From: Peribolospora baueri
Lineage: Eukaryota
DNA length: 30,940 nucleotides
Direction of reading: 5' to 3'
Assembly (NCBI GenBank): GCA_029717555.1
Contig: JAMDHS010000019.1
Span: forward strand, 248,001 to 278,940
Shown: positions 1-11,852 of the stretch, in pieces
How the letters are laid out: every line of letters begins with the position of its first letter
Position numbering within the stretch: position 1 is the stretch's first letter
Made by a program: the position numbers and the translations under genes
Notes under the pieces: generated by a model
What the model was told of the DNA's origin: nothing
The model's input: only the letters and a program-made list of their open reading frames with translations
Database searches by the model: none

Positions 1-1246
1 GCGGAAGGGAAGGGCACGACGTTTTATTCCTTCATGAACATCACCCAAAAGGCGACAACGCAAGAAATTGAGAGGGCTTTCAAGAAGAGGGGTCGCCAGC
101 TACAGTGAGTGTCCATCTTGCACCGCCCTGGGGCCCTTACGGAAACGTGAGAGTGCTTGACGCTTTCTTTTTTCATACCACGTGCATCTCACTTTTGTTG
201 ACGACGCGATCCCCCAAACCAACCCGATTTCGTCTTCCCTCGCAGCCCTGACAAAAACCGAGGCGTCAAGAACGCCCACGACCGCTTCGCAAGGCTGGGA
301 GTGGTTGCAAACATTCTTCGCAAGAGAGAGCTACGAGAGAAGTACGATTTCGTGAGTACGCGTAATCGTCCTTGGAAGCGGACTGGTCGGAGCCGAGATC
401 AAGCCTGGTTGTTCGCAGCCTCCCTTCGCGGGTGTGCGTGCTGATGTTTCCTCGCTTTGATCAACCCTAAAGTTCCACGACAATGGCTTCCCTCGCTGGC
501 GTGGCACCGGCTACTACTACTCCCGCTTCCGCCCCGGCTTGGGCACAGTGGTAGTCTTCCTATGTCTGGTCACCTCCCTCATCCAACTGCTCGTTCAACA
601 CATCACATACCGACAGGACCTAGCGCGCATCTCGCGCATCCTCACGGCCGCGCGTTTCGTTGCTTGGGGACCTCGCTTCACGCCTCAGAAGGGACGCAAG
701 AAGGTCCGCGTGCCGGCCAACGGCTTCCCAGGCATGCCCGCGCCGGCGACGGTAGGAGTTGAGCTGAGCCCGGAGAAGAGCAAGGAGGCCCTCCAAGCTG
801 CTGCAGCGGGTGTCGAGTACGAGTACAGAGGAAGGCCTCTGACTTGTATGGTGGAGGGCGAGAAGGTATTCGTGGTGAACGAGGAGGATGGCGAGGAGTG
901 GGAACTCGACGAGCAAGCGACCACCAAGCCTGGTCTGTTCACTACCACTTGGTCGGCCAAGCTCGTCCGATGGGCCGCCGATAGGACCGTCTGCGCGGGT
1001 TTGCGGAGGGCGGGACTCATTAAGGAAAGCCAAGGGTTAGGCGAGGAGGAAGAAGAGGAGCAAGTGGAAGAGGAGCAAGTCAGCGAAACCGTCTCCACCT
1101 CCACCCCAGCCGATTCTGACCGTAACGCGACAGGCGAGAGCGGCACATCGACGCCTGTCCAGGGCAACGGCAACGGCAAACCGTCCTCCTCCGCCGTCTC
1201 GAAATCTCGTGCCGCGAAGAAGCGCAAGGGGGGTAAGCGAAAGTGA
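1..1246 (+). CDS. ERJ5: ER membrane J-domain (DnaJ) protein, ERJ5-like; 5' partial
   Basis: Exons <1-104, 246-351, 473-1246. Spliced translation [111 protein letters not shown]. This gives an HPD motif, the [12 protein letters not shown] signature of fungal Erj5-type proteins, a TM helix and a basic C-terminus. Confidence 0.85.
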
Positions 1247-1798
1247 AGGCTGAGCGAGGGGGAGCGGAAGCGCGGGCTCCCCTTCCTCTCATCGTCGAGG
1301 TCTCGCGAGCTGTCGTACGTAGCATACATACCTCGTTGGACCTGAATAGACATGTCGTCGCACGGACTTTCTGCTCTCTTCCCTCTCTCTGAGTTGACCG
1401 ACGGTTCATTGCGAAAGGAATAAAGGCAGAGCCCCGCGAGGGCGTGCTCTATGTTTTGCGTCGCAGACGGTCTATGATACGACCTAAAGACCCCGTACGT
1501 CGTACATACATGTATAAACGGAAGCTTCCACCTTCCTTCCTTCGTTCCGCCGGAATGCCCTCCGCTTGCTCGAATGACGTGGTGCACAGTTCCAGATCCT
1601 TAGAAGAAGAAGTGAACGAGCGAGCGGACGATAATATGGCAAAAAGAGAGGCAGGGTAGGGTGTGTGCCTGTCTCCCCACATCACCCTCTCACGCAGACA
1701 TCAGATCCAGCACATGTATCCCGCCTGCGCCGGTCAGCTCCATCCACGGATCGACCCCTCGATCAACCGATCCAACTGTTTGATCGTGAACGGCCAAG

Positions 1799-3977
1799 TC
1801 AGTTGAGTTCGTTGATGACGGCGGCGGTGAAGTCGGAGGTCGTGGCGGTGCCTGCCATGTCCGCTGTCCGGACCTTGCCTTCGGCGATGACCTTGTAGAC
1901 GGCAGCGGCGATGTTGTTAGCCTAAAGGAAAGGGAGAATAAGTGAGCGGGTTAGAATGGAGGCGAAAGAAGACGGGACTCGCCCCGTTCCATACCACGAG
2001 GCCGTTGGCCCGCTCCGAAAGGAAGCGAGTCGAAGGCAAACGGATGGGAGTGAAAGCGCACCTGGGCGTCCTCGCCGAGGTGGCGGAGAAGCATGGCAGC
2101 AGAAAGGATCATCGCGGCCGGGTTGGCGGCGTTGGTGCCCATGATGTCCTTGGCGACGTGTCTACGAAGCAGGATGGCCGAATTGAAAAAGGGTAGGGAG
2201 GCGGACGTCCGGTATCAGCAGACAGACAAAAGCAGGAAACGGAAAGGAACTTTCCCCCCGACTCGCCGATCTGTCTCCAAACCAACGAACCCGGGCCCAA
2301 CTACTTCAGCAAGGACTCACCGGCAACCAGGCTCGAAGAGGGCGTACTCGCGGCCGATGTTGCAGCCCGGTACGATACCAGGACCTCCAACGAGGGCGGC
2401 GCCGATGTTGGAGACAATGTTGCCGTACAAGTTGGGCATGACCATGACATCGAACTGCTGAGGGCGGGAGACGAGCTGCATGGAACTGTTGTTGTGGAGC
2501 GAGATGGTGAGACACACAAGCCACACAAAAAAGGGACAAGAGTGAGGGCAAGGGAATCTGCTCACGTGTTGTCGACGATCATGTCATCGAACTTGATGCC
2601 CGAAGCCTCGTACTCCTTGCCGACCTGGCGGAAAGTGTTGAGGAAAAGGCCGTCGCCGAGCTTCATGATGTTGGCCTTGTGGACGCAGGTGACCTTCTGC
2701 TCGTATTGGAAACGACCGAAAAGAAGATGATCGGGTCGAATACCGAAAAGGAGGGAAGCAAGTCGAGGAAGGGCAGAAAGTCAGATCAAGCCAGACACTA
2801 GCCAGGCCACCATAAACAGAAGGCTCATACGAACCTTGCGGCCGTTCTTGAGAGCGAAGTCGAAGGCAAAGCGGGAGATCCGCTCGGCCTTCGCTCGCGT
2901 GGAGACCTTGAGAGACTCGACAACGCCAGGGTATGACTGGAGGGGGGTAGGGATAATCGACATCGAATGAGGCGGAGTACGTTTGAAAAGCCGAGTGAGA
3001 CGAATGCGATTAGGTCAGAATCGTCGGCGGTAAATTCTATTGTGCATACTTCATCCCCCGAGCCAGTGACAAGAGATGAGAAATGGCGCGCAACTCGACC
3101 CACCTGGTGCTCGAGACCAGAGTACTCTCCCTCGGTGTTCTCGCGGATGATGGCAAAGTCGACGTTGTTGTGCCGGGTGGGGTAGCCCTCAAGGGTCTTG
3201 CAAAGGACGACGGAAGCGTAGATGTCGAGCTGCTGGCGCATAGCAACGTTCCACGAGTTGTGCGAACCGGTGTCGATCGGGGTGTAGAGGATACCTAGAG
3301 CGGAATGAAGGTCGAGGAGGAGGATATGAGCAGGGGACCATATGGTGTAGGTCCACCACCGGGCGAGCTAGCGATGAGACGTCCGACACTCACCCTTGAG
3401 GCCGACCTTGTTCCTCTTAAGGCTCTCCATGGCCTCCTTGAACAAGTTCTCGCTACCAGTTGTCTCGCCGCTGACGTCGAACTGCTCCCACTCAACGGGC
3501 ACGTTGGTGGTCTCGAAAATCTCCTTGACGGAGTCGGTGATCTCCTTGCCGACACCGTCACCGGGGACCAGCGTCACCGTGTACACGCCACCGTACTTGG
3601 TGGCCTGGAAGGAGTGCGGAGGAGACGTACGGAGCACAATGTGAGCGAAAGCAGACGGGACAGACTAAAGCTGGAAAGCTCGTCCTGTCCGCTCGTTCAA
3701 GAGGGCTCACCCTGGACGTGATTCGCGGCTCCCGCTCGCCGGCTGCCAAGGTGGTGGCAGGACGGAGGATGTTCTGCACACGGGGCAAGAAAACAGAGAG
3801 AGGTAGTGAGCAAGTCGTTATCGAACAGCAGCCTAAGCGGGCGCCATGACGCGGACGAGCGACGATCATCCTTTCTTCCTCTTCGGGTGAGACGCGCCGA
3901 CGAGAAGAACGCACCTGAGGGGTGGGGCGGGCGATAGCGGGGGCGGCCGCGCGAGCGAGGCTCCTGAAGGCGTTCAT
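1799..3977 (-). CDS. IDH1: Mitochondrial NAD-dependent isocitrate dehydrogenase subunit 1 (regulatory), 382 aa
   Basis: 9 exons: 3977-3915, 3773-3711, 3604-3394, 3294-3104, 2936-2835, 2696-2566, 2485-2321, 2161-2062, 1921-1799 (1149 nt, all GT-AG). Motifs [43 protein letters not shown] (Asn in place of metal-binding Asp, marking the regulatory subunit) and FEPGCRH. Arg/Ala-rich presequence [11 protein letters not shown]. Confidence 0.96.
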
Positions 3978-4324
3978 GGCGAGGGGAAGGGAATAAAGGA
4001 GGAGGAGAGGGAAGGATGAAAGTGAAGGAAAGGGAAAGAGATGATGATGGAGAGGTGGATGGGAAGGAAGGAAGTTGGCCGAGCGCCCTCGCTTCTCGAT
4101 ACTGGGCGTCGGCTCGCGAGAGAAAAATCGCGCCGGCGAGTTCCGATCATCCGGGAAGGGAAGGAAGGGCGAAAATGGAAGCGCATACACGGACCGGCCC
4201 TTGATCCATCATCCATCCCACTCCATCCCACTCCATCCCATCCCATCTCATCCTCATCCATCTTCCCTTCTCCTTCCTCTCTTCACCCTTCTCCTTTCCT
4301 CTCCTCGCCGTCCCCGCCCCCGCC
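3978..4324. promoter_or_regulatory. Putative bidirectional promoter and 5' UTRs between IDH1 and IDH2
   Basis: 347 bp between divergent ATGs. The left arm is purine-rich (CT-rich on minus), the right arm is CT-rich with CCATC-like repeats, and the core is GC-rich. Confidence 0.75.
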
Positions 4325-6317
<1,993 letters not shown>

Positions 6318-6998
6318 GGAGTCCGCGAGCTAGCTTCCTGGTGGGCTGGGCGGCGAACGGGGCAGCCGGAGGAGTGCGGACCGAAGAGCGGTATCGTTCG
6401 AGATGGGAGGGCGCCTCTCCTTAGCGTCCTCGCTCACGCGGATGGGGGAAGATCCGACCCGGTGGTAGCCGGTCAGGACGGATAGACTAGACCTGAATGA
6501 AGTCTTTTTCTTCACCCGCCTTATCCTTCCCTCCTTTCTTCCTTATCGTCCTTTTCTCTTCCTGCCCCTCCCCTCCCCTTCTGCCCTCCGCCCCGGACTC
6601 CTCCTCTTCTTGTAAAACCCGGACGCCGATGGGGGGGCATGATGGGGGTCGGACGTCCACGTCGTACAATAGATGCTCTTTGGACGCGGTTTGCCTTACA
6701 CTACCGGGACTGATCGATCGAACTGCGGGACGTGTGTGGTTGGTTGTTGTTTTTTTTGTCGATCCGGCTCTTGTTGGATGCATTCGGGCGACTGAAGGGA
6801 AGGAAGGGTTGCGTAAACGTCGAGGCGGCTCAGGCCGAGCGAGGCAGGCAGCCCTCGCTCGCCTCGGCAGGCCTCGGCTGGCGCTTGCTTGGCGACAACG
6901 GCCCGGCCAGTCCGGCTCGGCCACTCGCGCACTCCCGAGGCCGAGCGCGGCCGCCAAACTTGGATCGGCTCTTCCTTCCTTCCATCCGTCGCGTGGGC

Positions 6999-7020
6999 GT
7001 CGATCGATTTATCGATCGAC
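6999..7020. repeat. Inverted repeat GTCGATCGAT-TT-ATCGATCGAC
   Basis: Perfect 10-bp arms with a 2-nt spacer, read directly from the sequence in the non-coding gap. Confidence 0.9.
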
Positions 7021-7920
7021 ATTCGACCCTGCGTCGCCTCGAGCTGCGGGCGGGTTGAGAGGAGGAAGCCATGGCGGCCTGTGAAAGGTGAAAGGTTGGG
7101 GAGCTGCCTGCAATGCGAGGAAACGGCATGCACGTTACGGTTACGTTTGTGCGCAGGGAGTCTTCAACGTTGACGACGCCAAGGCGATCGCTACGTTCGT
7201 TCGTAGTTGCATGGCCTCGCCCCGGGCCCCGATCCCAGCATCCAATCTTGCGAGGGACGAGGAACGGAGGGAAGAAAGGACAAGGGAAGAACGGGGTGGG
7301 TGACGAGGATGGAGGCGGGAAGGGGAGGCGGGCGTAAGGGCGAACCGACAACATCACATCGTCTCAGAGGTCATCACTACGCCCTCGGACGGGCCCGACG
7401 GACGGACGGGGCTTCGAAAGCACATCACCTTGCGTCCCTGGAGGCTGTGGGTGGAGGCGGTGGGTGGAGCGAGCGGGAGCGCGTGACGGGCGGACGAGGG
7501 ACGCGTCCCGACGCGACGTCGCCGGAGCCAACCGGAGCATCGGTTAAGACCGATGGGAGCTGATGGCGCCTTCTCCGGGACTTGCTTTTCGCTTGCTTTT
7601 CTTTCTTCCTTCCTTCCTTTTCTATCGATGGCGCTCTTCTTCGCCTTCCCCGGATTCTCTACGGGCAGCGGCAGCGGCCGTGCAGTAAGAGCGATACGTG
7701 CGACTGTCCGTGCTGTGCTGACTGGAAGCAACGAACACGCGAGGAAAAAGGGTGTTTAGCTGGCAAAATGGTTCCACCAACCTCGGGACGTCGGTTGTGG
7801 GTTGCGGGTCGTGCGGGCTCGGAAAGGGAGGATGACAACAAGGACGGTGATCGGCGTGAAGGTGAAGAGAAGGAAGTGCAATGCGCTCGAATGGTCAAGC
7901 CGCCTCGCCTCGTGTCCTCC

Positions 7921-7940
7921 TCTCCTCTCCTCTCCTCTCC
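7921..7940. repeat. (TCTCC)4 microsatellite
   Basis: Direct reading: tctcc x4. Confidence 0.85.
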
Positions 7941-8824
7941 TGGTCGCAAAAGTAGTGCGCCTCCCGACGGAACACGAGTTGGGCGCTGTCGCTGAGATGG
8001 AAGGAGGTTGTCGAGCGGTGTTCTACTAAGGAGCGAGCGAGGGAGCGAGAAAGAAAGAGAGGGAAAGAGGAGCCGTCGCTAGGCTACGCTACCGAGCGTC
8101 CCTCCTCCGCTTTTGGTCGTCCTCGTCGTTCTCCTACCACAACAACATACATCATCGACACCGACCTCATCCACCCTCGACCACCACCACCACCCTCACC
8201 CTTGCCCCACCTGTCCTTCCTCCGCCGGCGGAACCCCCTCGTACAGGCCACCGTGTGCCCCTCCTTTGTCGACGCCGCCCAGGCACGCCGAGTCTCCCAC
8301 CTCGAGCCTGAGGCAGTGCGAGTCACAACCCCCATAGCGGCGCAGACAACGTAAACAACAATAACACCTCGCCCCACCGCCCCACCGGCCCTCGACAAGC
8401 AACGCCGAACGACGCAGGCCGACCAATACCACAACACACGGATACCTTCGACATACAAAGCCTCTCTCTTGCATTTTCTCGCTTTTTTCACACCTCTTCA
8501 CACTTCTACGGCCGTCTATGTCTTACCTCTGATTATTTCACGATCGGTACCGCTTACCTCTCATATGCAAATACCCCCCTTGTCCCGACCCCAACCCGAC
8601 TCGGCCTGTACCGCCCCCACCACGCTCTCCTCGCTTCTCACAAACAATACAACACCCGACGCCATTCCACGTCCCTCTGCCCCTTAGCCGCCTTTTTCCC
8701 CGTCTCTCTGCTCTCTCTCGTCCCACAACACATTCATCCCTCCAACACTCTTTTCGTCCCCGGCTTTCTCTCGTCGTCCACATCAATCCACTGGCCACCA
8801 CGATTTTTTTTCCACTCCGTCACC

Positions 8825-11394
8825 ATGTATCGATCTCGCACGACACAATCCTCGTCCCAAACAGCGACCGCTCTGGCTCTCTCCTCCGTCGCCGCTTCGG
8901 CGGCCGCGTACGCCGCCTCTTCGGCCCACTATGCCTCCTACACTCAGCAGTCAGCTAGCACGCTCAACCGAGGGCGAGAGACGCTGGGCTCCCTTGATGC
9001 CAACATTCTCACCACCACCCTTCCCTTCCGTCCCTCTTCCCCAACTGCCAAGCCGACGTCCGGCAGCATGCCATCCTCTTCCTCCGCTGTCCCCTCCACT
9101 GCCACCGTCCATCTTGAAAACAAGTACGCCAAGTCGAGGACAGCCAGCGTGAAGGGAAAAGGGATCGCGAAGCGGTCCAGTACGACCGGCGAAGCCGTCG
9201 ACGTCAGCAACCCCGCTGGTCGTGGTAGCGAACATCCGACACTGCCCCTCCCCGCCTCTTCGGAAGCGCTCAGAGAGGCGGACACGGAGCCTGTCGAACC
9301 GTGAGTGGGCCGTCCTCTCTTCCTTTGTCCTCGTCCGCTCGGCTTCGCCCACCACGGACAACGGGGCGGCGGTCGTCTTTGTCAGTGCGCGTCGAGACGC
9401 GTCAACTGCGGCCTGATCGGTGCCTGGCGGGCTTGTTTCCAGGTGACCGACGCTGACCCTGCCTCCCCTTCTCGCCCACCCACTGTTCCTTGCCCCCGAT
9501 CCCCTTCCTGAAAAAAAAAGACCGCTTCTTTCTCCGACCGGTATTGACTCGACTCTCCAGGCCGCTTTCTCCGCCAAGCATTACCAACTCCTTGACAATT
9601 GTAGGAGGTGGGAGCGCTATGCGAGCAAAGTCAAGGCGAAGGTGAGAGGGGCGCGTGGCCACGTCCAATGGATCAGGTCCGTCGCTGAGAGAAGCTGCAC
9701 CTCTGTTCTGCTTTCTTTTCATGCGGCTCGGCTTCCCTCTCCGCCGCACATACCCTTCCGTCAGGCCGATGCTCTAGAGGCCGAAAACGGTCGTCTCCGC
9801 GCTCTAGTAGCCCAGCAGGAACAACAAATCCAGTCGCTGGTCGAAAGCAGCACGAATTTCAGCATGCTTGCCGACGTAGAGCAGACGGATCTGTTCGCCG
9901 ATCACCCGGGCTTTGTCGCCATGTCGAGCCCAAAACCACGCTCACGACCCGCTTCGGTCGTCTTCTCAATAGGCTCTGCTGGCCCACTAGCCGCCGCCGC
10001 TCCCGGTCTGGAGCTCCATCAGTCCAGGCGGTTGCTCCAGTTCCACGCCCATTCGTCTTCCAGCTCGAAGAAGCGCGATAGCCAGAGTTTTTTAGCAGAC
10101 ATGGGCGGTGCTTCGCGCGAGGACAGCAGCTGCTGCTCCAAAACGCTTTGCGATCACGAGCAGTTCGACCATCGCGGCGTCGACAAGGGCGTCTCGAGCA
10201 GTCCGGCTCGCAGTAGCTACTGCGAGAAGCGCCAGAGAGAGGAGGGCGAAGAGGTGGAGGAGGACGAAGCTGCGGACGCGGACGTCGAGATGCAGCTCGC
10301 CGCCGCGTCCGGTTCCGGTTCAGGGCCGCGACGGTTGGACGGCTATTTCCCGTTGGACAAGCAGACTGTCAGTCCCGTCACCGCCGCCGTGTCCGCCCTC
10401 GGCATCGGGCGCAGGTCCTGCGCCGCGAACGACAGCGGCGGAGAGAAGGAGAGAGCACCGAGGTTGAACGGGCTAAAACGTCAGAGTCCGTCGGCGTCTG
10501 ATTCGACGTCGTCTTTGCCGACGCAAGCCCGCAAACGTAGGTCCAAGACCAGTATCGGCTTGGCCGCCGGTGCCGGTGCCGGTGCCGGGGCCGGGACCGG
10601 GACCGCTGGCGCTCTCGGCAACGGGTCGCCTCCTACCCTCAGATCGAGAGCGGGCTCGACGGCGAGGAGGCCTCCATCCCGATCCGGGCCCCGCGCGTCG
10701 GGCGGAGCGCAGTCTCTAGGTCGGGCAGAGGGACGTAGGCTGAGAAGCGGAAGCGTGCATGGCGCGATTCCCCAGGTCAAGGACGACCTGTTTAACGCGC
10801 CGTCCCCGAGTCTCGCTCCGACCACTCAGTCGTCGGGTCTTCCAGGCTTGGCGACGGCGCCGACGGCGGCGCCGACGTCGACACCGGCGTATGCGTCCGC
10901 GGACGAGATCTTCGACGAGGAAGCCTACAACCAACGCGTCGCCCACCGGCGCCTTTATGCAAAGCTCAAGGAAGAGCTGACCAGTGACGAGCTGGCTAAA
11001 TTCGAGAAATGTGAGTTGGGTGGCACAGAAGGGGGACTCTTGGCTTCGTCCACCGCCGCGTTTTCGTTCTCCCCTCTCGCGTTTGCTTCTCTTTCACCGC
11101 CGGTCAAGGTTCCTGAAGTAGAAGTGGAAGGTCGCCGGCTGACGCGCTCCTCCCTGTCCGTCCTCTCTTCTGTCCTTTCCGCGGCCTCTTGCTCCCTTCC
11201 TCCGGCACTCGGACGTAGACGTCCACCGCTACGACGCGTTGGAGATTCCCCTCGACGGTCCACGAGGGCTTATCAATAGAGTCAAGAAGCTCTTGCTCCT
11301 TACCGACCCCACGCTCCAACATCGTCCGGCTCAGTACAAGCTGCGCAGAAGCCTAGCGAGAGAGTTTGAGGCCGTCGTCAGGATGGACGTTTGA
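8825..11394 (+). CDS. Uncharacterised 672-aa protein: low-complexity, short coiled coil, compact C-terminal helical domain
   Basis: Exons 8825-9300, 9521-9641, 9765-11010, 11219-11394 (2019 nt, in frame). ATG in CACCATG context. Coiled coil YQLLDNCRRWERYASKVKAK|ADALEAENGRLRALVAQQEQQIQSL. C-terminus RLYAKLKEELTSDELAKFEKY|VHRYDALEIPLDGPRGLINRVKKLLLL. The acceptor at 9520 is inferred from frame. Confidence 0.75.
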
Positions 11395-11852
11395 GGCGCC
11401 TGGTCTGGTCGGGGTCGGATTTCGCGTATCTGGTCTTGTTCACGTTACATCTGGTCGTGCGAATTGTATCTGTGTGCTTAGGCGCTGGAAGTCTGGTAGC
11501 TTGCGATGCTCGCTCGGGCTGGGCAAGCCGTGGCAGAGTTGACCGATCGGCGACGTCCGTATTTCTGGCCGCCATCCGGGAAGTGAACCGTGCGCGACTG
11601 CAAGGGTCGATGTGCCGGCGGCCCCAATCACTTCAGTGAACTACGACTCCCAACCGCCAAGAGCATCCCGGTTGGCTTCCCTGGTTTGGCTCGTTTATGC
11701 TGTCGACGCCGCCTCTTGCTTTGGTATCCAGACTCGCCCGACCTCCCTTCTTCCTCTCCACCCCACCCTTGTCCACGCTCGCCGCTCTCTGCCGCCCACA
11801 CGCGCGCCTGCTCGCCTGTTTCCACACCCACTCTTATTCTACTATCACCACC

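Noticed and set aside
685..1587. 300-aa minus-strand ORF and many other long ORFs in the track (e.g. 17508-18377, 26698-27219)
   Set aside because: They are antisense shadows of real GC-rich exons with no recognisable motifs.
1763..1801. Stop read-through to a cryptic peroxisomal signal (IDH1 TGA CTT; also checked IDH2, Kelch, hydrolase)
   Set aside because: Context is not TGA CTA, and the extensions (e.g. LGRSRSNSWIG*) do not end in an SKL-like tripeptide.
3015..3057. C/D-box-like GGGATGA...CTGA in IDH1 intron 4, with GAATTTACCGCC resembling an antisense to an LSU rRNA segment
   Set aside because: C-to-D span is only about 45 nt, box C is imperfect, CTGAC fits a branch point, and a 12-nt wobble match is expected by chance.
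6400..8100. Telomerase RNA, snRNA, RNase P/MRP, tRNA or TPP riboswitch in the large gap
   Set aside because: By eye I found no CCCTAA-type template, spliceosomal snRNA signature, T-loop/cloverleaf or TPP core. A covariance search was not possible.
6487..8501. ORFs of 70-195 aa on both strands in the gap
   Set aside because: Low-complexity translations, mostly non-ATG starts, no splice-consistent model and no motifs.
9386..9442. Alternative small exon (9386-9419) or zero-length exon at CCAG|GTGAC (9442) in the 8825 gene
   Set aside because: The first has an in-frame TGA and the second does not by itself restore frame to 9561. The acceptor at 9520 solves the frame without them.
10566..10610. 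GCCGGT hexamer repeat
   Set aside because: Ordinary coding microsatellite (AG repeat) in a disordered region.
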